Part shown: piece by piece, positions 21,204 through 32,444 of the stretch
How positions within the stretch are numbered: position 1 is the stretch's first letter
Layout: every line of letters begins with the position of its first letter
Assembly (NCBI GenBank): GCA_007693585.1
Contig: REDH01000031.1
Coordinates: 2,711 to 66,710 of the forward strand
DNA length: 64,000 bases
Source: Deltaproteobacteria bacterium
GTDB taxonomy: Bacteria; Myxococcota_A; Bradymonadia; REDH01
Reading direction: 5' to 3'
Program-made: the position numbers and the translations under genes
The notes under the pieces: model-generated
What the model saw: the letters and a program-made list of their open reading frames with translations, nothing else
What the model was told of the DNA's origin: nothing
Databases searched by the model: none

Positions 21204-22307
21204 TCAACTGAACGTGTGCCGTCGGGCCGATATGCTCAACAGCAAGCCAATGCAGATCATCACCGTGATCATGGCCGATCCGCCATAGCTCGCGAAAGGC
21301 AGCCAGAGGCCGACCACGGGCAACGAGCCCGTGACCATTCCGATGTTCACGACCACGTGCCAGAAGATGAGCGCGGAACAGCCCACGGCGGTCAGTACGC
21401 CGAACCGATTCCGCGCCAGTCTGGCGATGCGCAGCCCCCACACGCTCACGGCGAAATAGAGAAGCAGGAGAATCGCACTGCCGAGGAAGCCGAACTGCTC
21501 GCCGTGGTGCGCGAAGATGAAGTCATTCTCGTGGTAGGGGACGAATCCCCCCTGCACCTGTGTCCCCTGCAGGTACCCCTTTCCGACGAGCTGCCCGGAA
21601 CCGATGGCGATTCTGGACTGGTTCACCTGCCACGCGCTGCCCGTGAGGTCCTCCTGCGGAGAGAAGAACGTGGCAATGCGCTGGCGCTGGTAGTCCGCCA
21701 GCCCGAAGCTCCACGCGAAGGGAACCGAGAGGCCTGCGACGAGAACGAGGATGGCGATGGTGCTCGGCCTGACCCGCTCGAAGAGAAGCATCGTGGCGAA
21801 GATGAACGCCATGACGAGGGTGGTCCCGAGGTCGGGCTGCGAGAGGATCAACAGGGCGGGAAGACCGAGCAACCCAAAGGGAACAAGCAGATCGCGCAAT
21901 CGGTGCCCGTCCGGTCTCGGGTGATCCGACAGCCAGCGCGCGGTCGCCAGCACGAGCGCGACCTTCATGATCTCCGATGGCTGGAACAGGAACGCACCGA
22001 AGTCCAGCCAACGGCGCGAACCATTGAGCGTCACACCGAGGAACGGGACGAGCAGCAGAAGAAACAGCGCCCCCCCCCACGCGACGAAAGCCCAGCGGGA
22101 GGCGTGCCTGGGGTCCTGCGAGGCGATCAGGCCTGCGAGCGTTCCCCCGATCAGCACCCAGAGCAGCTGCGTCAGATGCCGGGGAAACCCCTCGACCAGC
22201 GCAGCGCTGCGCAGATTCAGCATGCCGAAGGTCAGGAGCAGCAGGACGAGCAACAGAAGCACCCAGTCCACGCGCAGACGCGCATCATGTCGAGATACGA
22301 GGGCCAT
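21204..22307 (-). CDS. rodA: Peptidoglycan glycosyltransferase RodA (SEDS family)
   Basis: 10-TM SEDS protein immediately downstream of mrdA in the mreBCD-mrdA-rodA arrangement. Confidence 0.85.
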   Translation of the reverse strand: MALVSRHDARLRVDWVLLLLVLLLLTFGMLNLRSAALVEGFPRHLTQLLWVLIGGTLAGLIASQDPRHASRWAFVAWGGALFLLLLVPFLGVTLNGSRRWLDFGAFLFQPSEIMKVALVLATARWLSDHPRPDGHRLRDLLVPFGLLGLPALLILSQPDLGTTLVMAFIFATMLLFERVRPSTIAILVLVAGLSVPFAWSFGLADYQRQRIATFFSPQEDLTGSAWQVNQSRIAIGSGQLVGKGYLQGTQVQGGFVPYHENDFIFAHHGEQFGFLGSAILLLLYFAVSVWGLRIARLARNRFGVLTAVGCSALIFWHVVVNIGMVTGSLPVVGLWLPFASYGGSAMITVMICIGLLLSISARRHTFS

Positions 22308-22312
22308 GGCGA

Positions 22313-24376
22313 TCAGTCATCCAGCCCGATGACGACCCGGTTTGCGGGCGGCCGACGAAGCGCGGGAGGCGGGGGCCGGAGGCCCCGTTCGGGCACGGCA
22401 GTCCCGGCGAGCGCCTCCGGGAACCGCTCCGGGGAGACGGAGAGCAGGAGCGCCTCCAGCTGCTCGGGTCGCCCACCGTTGAGGACCGCCTCGATCTCCC
22501 GCTCCAGCCCGCGAACCTCCCGGAAGTACCGGTCGATGATGCGCATGGCCACCGGGGCAGCCGCACGGGATCCCTGCCCACCGTGCTCGATGAACACGGC
22601 GACGACGATCTGCGGGTCCTCGTAGGGCGCATACGCCACGTACCACGCGTGATCCCGGTCCCTGAAGTAGACCTCATCCCCGTCCCGCCGAGCGGTGTGC
22701 AGGGCGCGAACCTGCGTGGTTCCCGTCTTGCCCGCCGCAAGAGTCCAGCGGAGCCGGTAATCGTGCGCAGTGCCCTCGCTGTCGTGGAGGACGTCATGAA
22801 GCCCCTCGTTGACCGCCCGCAGCGTGCCGGGGTCGAAGGGCAACTGGCGACGCAACCGCGCCGGGTACTCGAAGATGACGTCCCCGTCGCCGGTCACGAT
22901 GCGGTCGACGATCCGGGGATACCAGAGCTGGCCCCCGTTCGCGAGTGCGGCGTAGGCAAGCGCAAGTTGCATTGGCGAGACCCTGGTGTCTCCCTGACCG
23001 ACGGACGTGTTGAGGATGAAACCGTACTGGAAGCCACCCGGACTGTTCTCTTCGTGCCATGCGCGCGTCGGCACCAGCCCTGGACTTTCCCCGTTGAAAC
23101 CAAGCCCGGGTCTCTCCCCGAATCCGAGTTCGGCCGCGTACGCGGCCATCCGGTCGATGCCCATGCGCAGGCCGACCTGGTAGAAGTACACGTTGCAGGA
23201 CTCCGACAGGGCCCGCCTCAGGTTCACGTTGCCGTGGCCGCTCCGCTTCCAGCAGCGGAAGATGCGGTTGCCATACTCGAGGTATCCAGGACAGTGTACC
23301 TCGTCGTGCTCGGTGACGACCCCTTCCTCGATGGCTGCGATCGCAGCGACGACCTTGTAGGTGGAACCCGGGAACCAGGACTGGACGGCCTTGTCGAGCA
23401 TGGGGTGGAAAGGGTTGTTGTCGCTTCGGCGCTTCTCCTCGACGCTGAGTCTGCCGGACCACGCGTTGGGGTTGAAGCCCGGCTGCGAGTACACGGCGAG
23501 GACCGCTCCATCTCGCGGATCGAGAACGGCAATACCCGCTGACACCACGCCGGACGCCGCTTCCTCCACGATCTCCTGAAGCGCCATGTCGATGGTCAGC
23601 TCCAGATCCCTCCCGGGAATCGGCGGAACGTGCCGGCGTTCCCCGAGCAACTGTCTGGCGAACGACTCGGGCTGCGAGTTGCCGTGCACATCGACCACGT
23701 CGCGCTGGAGACCGGGATGGCCTCGGAGAACACTCTCCCACGCCCTCTCGATCCCCGTCCGTCCGATGAAGTCCCCCCGCCGATAGCCGGCCGTGGCGAG
23801 CCGGTCGAGCTCCCCACGCTGGATCTCGTTCATGTACCCCAGAACGTGAGCCGCAGTTCCGTGGAATGGGTAGTAACGCCGGGGCTGTACACGGACGTAG
23901 ACCCCCGGGAGATCGAGACGCAACGTCTCCAGTTCGGCGAGCTGGTCACGATGGATGTCCCGCCGGACGAGAATGTCCGCGCGCCCGGCGGCGGCCATGC
24001 GCGCCTGCAACCGCTCGACCTCTTCCGGCCCCAGGTTCAGGATGCGTGCGAGCAACGGGAGCGCATCCTCCTCCGCGCGCCGGAAGATCTGCGGCGTCAG
24101 GTGGACGTCCCACGCTGGGCGGTTCTCCGCAACAACCCGTCCACGAGCATCCCGAATCGTTCCCCGCTCGGGCGCCAGCTCCATCGTGCGCACGAAATTG
24201 CTGTCGGCCAGACGTGCATAGTGCTCACCCTCCACGATCTGGAGCTGCCACAGTCGGAGGCCGAGGGCACCGAGCACGAGGAAGAACAGGAGGACAAGAG
24301 CGCGAATCCGTCCATCGAACTCCGCAATGTCCGTCCTGGTCTGGACCGCGTCGTCCCCCTGCCCGTCTGGAATCAT
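22313..24376 (-). CDS. mrdA: Penicillin-binding protein 2 (elongasome transpeptidase)
   Basis: N-terminal TM anchor. SxxK (STYK), SxN (SESCN) and KTG(T) motifs. Confidence 0.85.
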   Translation of the reverse strand: MIPDGQGDDAVQTRTDIAEFDGRIRALVLLFFLVLGALGLRLWQLQIVEGEHYARLADSNFVRTMELAPERGTIRDARGRVVAENRPAWDVHLTPQIFRRAEEDALPLLARILNLGPEEVERLQARMAAAGRADILVRRDIHRDQLAELETLRLDLPGVYVRVQPRRYYPFHGTAAHVLGYMNEIQRGELDRLATAGYRRGDFIGRTGIERAWESVLRGHPGLQRDVVDVHGNSQPESFARQLLGERRHVPPIPGRDLELTIDMALQEIVEEAASGVVSAGIAVLDPRDGAVLAVYSQPGFNPNAWSGRLSVEEKRRSDNNPFHPMLDKAVQSWFPGSTYKVVAAIAAIEEGVVTEHDEVHCPGYLEYGNRIFRCWKRSGHGNVNLRRALSESCNVYFYQVGLRMGIDRMAAYAAELGFGERPGLGFNGESPGLVPTRAWHEENSPGGFQYGFILNTSVGQGDTRVSPMQLALAYAALANGGQLWYPRIVDRIVTGDGDVIFEYPARLRRQLPFDPGTLRAVNEGLHDVLHDSEGTAHDYRLRWTLAAGKTGTTQVRALHTARRDGDEVYFRDRDHAWYVAYAPYEDPQIVVAVFIEHGGQGSRAAAPVAMRIIDRYFREVRGLEREIEAVLNGGRPEQLEALLLSVSPERFPEALAGTAVPERGLRPPPPALRRPPANRVVIGLDD

Positions 24377-24505
24377 GTCGGTACCCGTAAACGGTCTGTC
24401 GTGGCGCCCTGTCCGCCCCTCCGTCGTCGCTCCCGCACCACGTGGCTTCCTAGCGCATGGGGAGGGAACGACACAACAGCGCGTTCGCCGTTCGTATTCG
24501 GGACG

Positions 24506-25021
24506 TCATGTCCCCCGCAAGGGATTCAGCACGGAGGAGCGGGGGCCGTCCGGCATGCTTCGGCGCAGCAGGGCGACCACCGGGATGGCCATCAGGCCGG
24601 TCAGCAACGCAGAGCCGGGCACCACCCGGAGGTAGATGGCGAGCATCGGCAGATCCGATCGGAACAGCAGGATTCCGAGGGCGAACAGGAGCTCGCAGAG
24701 AAGGGCCGTGGGGATGATGGTCGCGGCCTGCAGCAGGGTGGACTCCGCCTGCAGCCGCGTTCGGGCGAAACGGGCGATCGGCACCACCGGCGCCAGCGAG
24801 AGCAGGTAGAGCCCGCGCGGCCCGCCGGAGAGCAGGCCGGCGAGGAGACCGAGCACGAGGATCACGACGACGCCGTGAAGTGCGCCGCGCTGCATGGCCG
24901 CGTGCGTACCCATCAGCACCACCAGACTCGGCATCCAGATCGCGACCGGGACGATGGGAGCGAGGACACTCCATCCGAGGAGCAACAGGACTCCTGTGGC
25001 TGTGAGGATGACGATCGACAC
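24506..25021 (-). CDS. mreD: Rod shape-determining protein MreD
   Basis: Small polytopic membrane protein located between mreC and mrdA. Confidence 0.7.
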   Translation of the reverse strand: MSIVILTATGVLLLLGWSVLAPIVPVAIWMPSLVVLMGTHAAMQRGALHGVVVILVLGLLAGLLSGGPRGLYLLSLAPVVPIARFARTRLQAESTLLQAATIIPTALLCELLFALGILLFRSDLPMLAIYLRVVPGSALLTGLMAIPVVALLRRSMPDGPRSSVLNPLRGT

Positions 25022-25068
25022 GGGAATCGGCGGCCATGGTTCGGGGAGTGTCCGGGCGACCCGGGAGG

Positions 25069-25917
25069 TCAGGGCGTCAGGCGCCGGTCCAGAAGGACGA
25101 AGACCTCCTCGAGCCGGGAAAAGTCGACGGCAGGCTCGACGACGACCTGCTGGAACAGGCCGTGGTCCCGTCGTTCGATCCGGTCGATGCGTCCCACAAC
25201 GAGATCCGGTGGGAACACGCCGCCAAGACCACTCGTCACGACGATGTCACCATCCCGGACCTCTTCGCGACGGGTCAGGTAGGCGACCTCCGAGCGGTAG
25301 GAATTGTCGTAGCCGCGGCCACGGAGAACGCCGCGCGCGCGGTTTCTCTGGACAACGATGTCGATCGAGGAGCGGGGATCGACGGCGAGCAGTACTGTGG
25401 CTCGGCGTCCTTCGACATGCTGGATCCGACCGACCACGCCCGCGGAGGACAGGACCGGCATGCCCGGCTCGAGGCGAGCGTCTGCAGACTCGATGCGAAT
25501 GCTCGTGACCCGGAAGAACGGGCTGACATCCCTCGCGGTGACACGCGCAGGCAGCATTTCGTAGGCGGGATGCCCCTGCTGGAAGCCGACGAGCGCCCTG
25601 AGGCGTGCGTTCTCCTGCATCACTCCGACAAGGCGCGCGTTCTCATCGCGAAGGCGGTTGACCTCGGACCGCAGCTGCTCGTTTTCCTCGGCGACACCGA
25701 CAAGATCGACATAGCGCCGCCACCAGGTCGTGACCCCGGCGACCATGCGGTGCCCGACATCCTGGGAGGCCGACGCGAGCACGAGGCTGCCGGTCCCCAC
25801 GACGCCATGCGGTTCGTACGGGTCACCGCGCCGGTCGGCAAGGAGAAGCCCGAACGCAGCGAGCAGGTACACGCCTACCGCCAGCGCAAGCCTGTATTTC
25901 CGGAGCGACGCAAGCAT
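25069..25917 (-). CDS. mreC: Rod shape-determining protein MreC
   Basis: N-terminal TM, a coiled-coil (LRSEVNRLRDENARL) and the MreC beta domain. Confidence 0.8.
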   Translation of the reverse strand: MLASLRKYRLALAVGVYLLAAFGLLLADRRGDPYEPHGVVGTGSLVLASASQDVGHRMVAGVTTWWRRYVDLVGVAEENEQLRSEVNRLRDENARLVGVMQENARLRALVGFQQGHPAYEMLPARVTARDVSPFFRVTSIRIESADARLEPGMPVLSSAGVVGRIQHVEGRRATVLLAVDPRSSIDIVVQRNRARGVLRGRGYDNSYRSEVAYLTRREEVRDGDIVVTSGLGGVFPPDLVVGRIDRIERRDHGLFQQVVVEPAVDFSRLEEVFVLLDRRLTP

Positions 25918-25926
25918 GTCCGGACC

Positions 25927-27084
<1,158 letters not shown>

Positions 27085-27236
27085 TCAGTCGACTAACGTC
27101 CCGCAACCGTTTTCCGCCCCCGGACGCCGACAGGCCCTCCCGCGGGGTGGCGGTGCGGGTTTCCGGCGAGCATCACATCGGCTGACGCATCCCGGTCCGA
27201 CCGCACTCCCCAACTGTTCGTGCATCGAGAAGGTCC

Positions 27237-29015
27237 ATGCTCGCGCTTCTTCGTGAACACAGCCGCTCGTGGCTCATCTGGGCGATCTTCATCGTCCTGA
27301 TTCTGGTCTTCATCTTCTTCTTCGGTCCGCAGACCGAGGGCTTCGCGCCGAGCGACCGGACCTGGGCCGTCCGCGCGCCGGGTGCGACCATCTACGACAC
27401 GCAGATCAACGCGACGCTCTATCGCTTCGAGCCCCGCAGCGGCGCCCGTATGGACGATGCGACGTTTCAGGCGCGGCGTCGCCAGATCGCGCTGAATCTC
27501 GCGCTGGTCCATGCGCTTGCGGACCGCGCGGAGCGCGAGGGTCTCGCCGTCGGCCAGGACGAGGTGAGTTGCTTCATCGTCAACTGGGACCACGACTATC
27601 TGCGGCGCGGCGTTCCGGTCTGCGAACGATTTCCGGCGGCCTACCGACAGCTCTACCGGAACATGGACCTCGGGTTCTACGCGAACGAGACCGGCCAGCT
27701 TGCGGAGAGTTTCCGGCAGGATGTCCGGGCCAACTTCAACATGAGCGTGGAAGAGTACGAGGCATGGAAGGGCCGGGAACTTCTCGCACTCCGGTACGTG
27801 GAGACCCTCGCGACCGCGCTTCGCGTCCCGCCTTCTGCCGTCCGCTCGTCCTGGGAGCGCCGCAACGACCGCGTACAGCTCGAGGTGCTGCCGCTCCGAT
27901 TGACGACGGAAGCGTTCGAACCGAGCGAGCTTGAGATCACCGAGACCATGCTGCTGCGGGATCAGGAACTCCTGAGCCGGTACGAAGCCGAGCTCGATCG
28001 ATTCCGCTCGGAGCGCACGGTTCGACTGCAGCGCATCTACCTGCGGAAGCCGCTGGATGACGACGAGGAGGCACTCGAGGCGCTCCGGGCACGGGCGGAG
28101 CAAATCATGAACGAGGCGCGTCTGCCCGGCGCCGACTTCGCCGCCCTCGTCGCCGAACACAGCGATCTCGCCAGCGAGCATGAGACCGGGGGAGACATGG
28201 GAGCCCGGACGGAAGAAACGCTGGATCGCAGCCTCTGGGAAGCCACCCTCGATCTTGCCGAGGGAGAGGTGACCCTCGTGGAGCAGAGCGGCTCGTTCAC
28301 AGTGATTCGCCTTTCCGAGTCCCGCCCTTCCGGAACCCTGCCATTCGAGGACGTCAGCGCTGTTCTTGCGGAAGAGCTGCTCATCGAGGAGCGACGCGCA
28401 GCTTCGCGACAGTCCCTCGGAGACCGGGGCAGGCGAATCATCGAAATCGCCATGGAACAGGACGTATCCCTTCAGGACGCCGCCGCGCTGGAGGTGGTGG
28501 AACGAAGCAGCGAGCACCCGGAGGAGGAGGTGGCATTGCTCGCCGCGGAAGTCACCGACTCCTTCGCCCGGGAGCGGTCTCCCCAACGCTTCGACGAGCT
28601 CGGGCCGGAGTTCGTCGGGTTCACGCTGCCCGCGTCGCCACCGGACGAGATCCCGGGCGTTGGACGCTCTGTCGAGATGGCGCGCGTGGCCTTCGAGCTG
28701 CGTGATGACAGCCCCGTGCATCCGGAACCCATCCGCGTGGGCGAGGTGGACTACCTGGTCCGCCTGCAGTCACGGGAGCGCCCGGAAAGCGCTCCGGACC
28801 CGGAAGCACTTCAGGCCATCGAGGACGAGCTCCGTTCTGCGCTCGTGGAGTCCGTGGTGGGACCGGCTGCGTTCCGCAGCCGCGTGCTCGCCCATCAGGG
28901 CGACTCGGACCTCGCGCCCCTTCTGCGCGGCATTCTGGAAGAGGAGATCACGAACCGGCGCATCCGTCTCCGCGACAGGGTCTTCCGTGTCGACCCCGCA
29001 CTCGTGGACGACTGA
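27237..29015 (+). CDS. PpiD-like membrane-anchored periplasmic chaperone / PPIase-domain protein
   Basis: N-terminal TM (LIWAIFIVLILVFIFFF), a SurA_N-like region, and a rotamase-like segment (GGDMGARTEETL...GEVTLVEQSGSFTVIRL). Confidence 0.6.
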   Translation: MLALLREHSRSWLIWAIFIVLILVFIFFFGPQTEGFAPSDRTWAVRAPGATIYDTQINATLYRFEPRSGARMDDATFQARRRQIALNLALVHALADRAEREGLAVGQDEVSCFIVNWDHDYLRRGVPVCERFPAAYRQLYRNMDLGFYANETGQLAESFRQDVRANFNMSVEEYEAWKGRELLALRYVETLATALRVPPSAVRSSWERRNDRVQLEVLPLRLTTEAFEPSELEITETMLLRDQELLSRYEAELDRFRSERTVRLQRIYLRKPLDDDEEALEALRARAEQIMNEARLPGADFAALVAEHSDLASEHETGGDMGARTEETLDRSLWEATLDLAEGEVTLVEQSGSFTVIRLSESRPSGTLPFEDVSAVLAEELLIEERRAASRQSLGDRGRRIIEIAMEQDVSLQDAAALEVVERSSEHPEEEVALLAAEVTDSFARERSPQRFDELGPEFVGFTLPASPPDEIPGVGRSVEMARVAFELRDDSPVHPEPIRVGEVDYLVRLQSRERPESAPDPEALQAIEDELRSALVESVVGPAAFRSRVLAHQGDSDLAPLLRGILEEEITNRRIRLRDRVFRVDPALVDD

Positions 29016-29181
29016 ACCACATCGGGACAGCCCGCCCGTGGCGCCGGGGGTTGACCTCTGGCGCATCCACGTGCAGACCCGTAAGGAGCTGGAGGGTTGC
29101 GTTGTTGGCCGGCTGCCGCGACGCCATACCGAGTCGCCGGACCTCTCCGCTGTCCGGGCCCGGCAACGTGCAGGAGGTGTC

Positions 29182-30750
29182 ATGTCGAATGAGAATCTGT
29201 TCCCGAGCGTAACCGCACGCATTCGAACCCTCCGCGCCCGGCTCGACGAGCTGGGGGCCGAACTGCCGGCCAGTGAGTGGCTGGCGGTCTCCGGCGAGCG
29301 TTACATCCTCGAGTGCCGGTTGCAGGAGCAGCTCGCACAGCTCGGCGCACTCGTGTACGACAGACTGGATCCCGAGGAACTCGAAGGGCTGTTCTCCGAT
29401 CTCGAGCATACGGCGAATCTCGAGAAACTTGAGGATCCGAGTATCGTCGCGGACGCCACCACCGCTCCCCCGCGCCCATCGTTCCCGCACTTCTCCCCGT
29501 CGGCTGCACAGGCGTACGACCGGTCGGGGCGGTGGCCGCACGAGTCGGGAGTGCACCTTCCCGTTGGGGCCACGAGGGCTGACGCGCCGATGGCCACGCC
29601 AGCGCTGGACGACATCACGCCGGAGATGCTCAACCGTCTTCAGAAGACGTTCGACCGGTACAACCATCTGCAGGCTGCACAGCGAAGCGCCCCTCGTACA
29701 CTCAGTGACGAGGACCGGCTTCTTCTGCACGCGTCGCTCGATCTTCTCGGCGACGCGTCCCTGCAAATCCGTACACGGCGGCAACAGGTCGCCGAGCTGG
29801 AACGGCTCGAAACCGTTCTCGTGCGGTACCTCGAACGGTGGGGAGATCTCCCGAAGCGCACGAACCATGCCCTCAGCTCCCTGCTGACGGCGCGGGCGAG
29901 AACGCTGCAGGAGGCGATCGGGCACCGCCGCGGCGACGAGGACCTCCGGCGAAGGGTCGAGGCCTTCTTCCCCCGATTGAGCGCGCATGCGAAGGAAACC
30001 CAGCCCGGAACCGTCCATGGCTTGGCCAGGGACCATCTTCCCCGAGAGGCCACCTGGCAGGAGGATGCGGCACACCATGTCGCGCGGGTACTTGCCCAGA
30101 TCGAAACCGAAGGTGGAGAACCGTTCTCCCGTCGCCCCGAAGACGCCCTCGGTCGCCTTGCCAACGATGTCCGCAACGGGCTGCCTCTGGCGATCTTCGC
30201 CGAGCGAGCCGCCGCGCTTCTCGATGCCGGCATCGAGCCGGACAACGAACGGCTCGTGCGCCTGTCGATGGACTACGAACTGGAAGAGATCGACGACGAG
30301 ACACTCATCCCGCTGCGCAGGGCTGTCCGTCTGCGAAGGGACGAGGAGGACGAGGCCCGAGCGCGCGGACAGGACGAGCAGACACTTCCGTCGGACTGGC
30401 CGTGGCACTCCGTACTCGAAGGAAAGCGGGTCGCGATCGTGGGTGGAGACGCCCGGCCGGACCGAATGGACCATCTGCAGGACACCTTCGGTTTCGCGAG
30501 CGGCGAGTGGATCGAGAACATCTCCTCCTCCCCCCGAAAGCTGGACGCTCTGCTCGCCCGGCTGGACAATGGCCTGCTCGATACGGTGATCATCCTGCGC
30601 GCGTGGAGTTCCCACGGGATCACGGATCGTCTCTATGCCATGCGAGGCGATGGAGTCGACGTCATCCTCGCGGAGGGATACGCCGTGGAACAACTTCGCC
30701 TCGCGATCGAGCGCTACGAGGTCGAGGAGTCGGTTCCCGTTCACGCTTGA
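29182..30750 (+). CDS. Hypothetical protein (coiled-coil N-terminal half; C-terminal alpha/beta domain)
   Basis: ATG at 29182 preceded by caGGAGGtgt. The longer track ORF from 28366 overlaps the PpiD-like gene and was trimmed. Confidence 0.5.
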   Translation: MSNENLFPSVTARIRTLRARLDELGAELPASEWLAVSGERYILECRLQEQLAQLGALVYDRLDPEELEGLFSDLEHTANLEKLEDPSIVADATTAPPRPSFPHFSPSAAQAYDRSGRWPHESGVHLPVGATRADAPMATPALDDITPEMLNRLQKTFDRYNHLQAAQRSAPRTLSDEDRLLLHASLDLLGDASLQIRTRRQQVAELERLETVLVRYLERWGDLPKRTNHALSSLLTARARTLQEAIGHRRGDEDLRRRVEAFFPRLSAHAKETQPGTVHGLARDHLPREATWQEDAAHHVARVLAQIETEGGEPFSRRPEDALGRLANDVRNGLPLAIFAERAAALLDAGIEPDNERLVRLSMDYELEEIDDETLIPLRRAVRLRRDEEDEARARGQDEQTLPSDWPWHSVLEGKRVAIVGGDARPDRMDHLQDTFGFASGEWIENISSSPRKLDALLARLDNGLLDTVIILRAWSSHGITDRLYAMRGDGVDVILAEGYAVEQLRLAIERYEVEESVPVHA

Positions 30751-30799
30751 GGGGATGCCCCGCACACCGCTCCCGCGGTGCGGCAACGAAGGATGCCTG

Positions 30800-30826
30800 C
30801 CGCTCCGACGCCCGCTTTTTTTCTTT
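30800..30826 (+). terminator. T-tract (cgcttttttt ctttac) after the hypothetical gene; possible intrinsic terminator
   Basis: A run of 8 T's in a 70% GC background. The upstream stem (gcggca...tgccgc) is imperfect. Confidence 0.25.
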
Positions 30827-30884
30827 ACAAGCCTGCCGGCGCCGGGCTACCAAGGCGCCCGCTTCGGTCGGGTACCGAAGGCTG

Positions 30885-30959
<75 letters not shown>

Positions 30960-31016
30960 TGATTCCGAAGGCCGCCCCACACGGGGCGGCCTTCGGCTCT
31001 CTTGGCGACCCCCAGC

Positions 31017-32267
31017 ATGCGCATCCTCGACCTGAACAACTTCTACACGCCGACCGGCGGCGGCGTGAGAACCTACCACAACCGAAAGGCCGACCATGCG
31101 AGGCTGCGCCAGCAGCACAGGCAGATTCTCCTCGTCCCCGACGATCACTGGCGCATCCGGACCGACGGATGGAACACCTGGATTCACGCCCCCGGAATCG
31201 ACCTCGGAGGAAGCGGCTACCGCCTCGTCGCCTCCGAGCGTGTCGTGCGCAGGGTCATCGATCTCGCGGAACCGGACCTGATCGAGATCGGCAGCCCCTA
31301 CATTCTTCCGCTGCTCGTGCCGCGCGCCCTGGCGCAGCTCGGTGCGTCCGTACCGGTCGTGGGCTTCTACCACGCAGACTATCCGCACGCTTATGTGCAC
31401 GCAGGAGCGCTGGTCGGTGGTCCGGCACTCCAGTCGATGGCGACCGAGCTGGCCCTTCGCCACATGGGCCGAACCTATCGCGGCATGACGGCCACGCTGG
31501 CCGCGAGCGACTATGCCCTGCAGAAACTCCATCGCTACGGGGTCCAACGACTGTTTCACACGCCACTCGGGGTCGACACCTCCACCTTCCGCATTCGGCC
31601 GCGTGAGCAGCTCGACGAGGTGCGTTCACGCGTTGGTGCAGGACCCGACACGCGAGTCGTTCTCTTCCTGGGCCGGCTCGCAGGCATGAAGCGAATCGAC
31701 ATGCTGATCGACGCCTGGCCCGAGCTTCGGCGCATCGGAAACCTCGTCCTGCTGATCGTCGGACACGGTCCGTATTCGGACGCCGTGGATCACCTCGTCG
31801 CACGATTTCCCGAGGTCCATCGCCTGCCCTTCCTCAGCGACGCCAATGAAGTGGCCACCATCTACGCCGCAGCGGACGCCTACCTCTCGCTCGGTGAGTG
31901 GGAGACCTTCTCACTGACGACACTCGAAGCGATGGCGAGCGGAACACCAGTCATCGCTCCCGATGGTGGAGCGGCCGGGGAGCTGGTTCGGCGAAGCGGT
32001 GTGCTCGAAGGCATCTTCACGCCCGGTAGCCGATCCGACCTCGTTCGCGCCGTCGTGAGTACACTCTCGCTGAACAGGGAGGCTACCCGTCAGGAGCTCT
32101 CGGGCTTCGCGCATGCCCACTTCCCATGGTCCCGTTCTCTCGAACACCTGATCGGCATTCAGAAGCGAATCGCGCGGTCTTGCCGGAACGGTACGATGGA
32201 CCAGGATCTCACGCCTTCGAACGAGCGCTGGCACAAGGTTCCTGGCCTCCCTCCGGTTCGGATCTGA
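31017..32267 (+). CDS. GT4-family glycosyltransferase
   Basis: GT-B fold with the C-terminal E-x7-E-like motif (FSLTTLEAMASGTPVIAPDGGAAGE). Confidence 0.75.
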   Translation: MRILDLNNFYTPTGGGVRTYHNRKADHARLRQQHRQILLVPDDHWRIRTDGWNTWIHAPGIDLGGSGYRLVASERVVRRVIDLAEPDLIEIGSPYILPLLVPRALAQLGASVPVVGFYHADYPHAYVHAGALVGGPALQSMATELALRHMGRTYRGMTATLAASDYALQKLHRYGVQRLFHTPLGVDTSTFRIRPREQLDEVRSRVGAGPDTRVVLFLGRLAGMKRIDMLIDAWPELRRIGNLVLLIVGHGPYSDAVDHLVARFPEVHRLPFLSDANEVATIYAAADAYLSLGEWETFSLTTLEAMASGTPVIAPDGGAAGELVRRSGVLEGIFTPGSRSDLVRAVVSTLSLNREATRQELSGFAHAHFPWSRSLEHLIGIQKRIARSCRNGTMDQDLTPSNERWHKVPGLPPVRI

Positions 32268-32444
32268 CCCATCCGCCCGCCGCGGTGCAACGCTCCGTGC
32301 ACCCTGACGACCCCACGATTCGAAGGCAAGACGACGCTTCGGGCTGGTCCTGTGCGGGCCATGCCGTCATGATGGAGGAGCCGCAGCGTATACGCCGGCA
32401 TGACCACGCACTTCTCCCTGCATCACTCCAAGCTCAGCGAATCC

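Noticed and set aside
28366-29181. 5' portion of track ORF 28366..30750
   Set aside because: It overlaps the 3' end of the PpiD-like gene in another frame. A strong RBS plus ATG at 29182 gives a sensible start.
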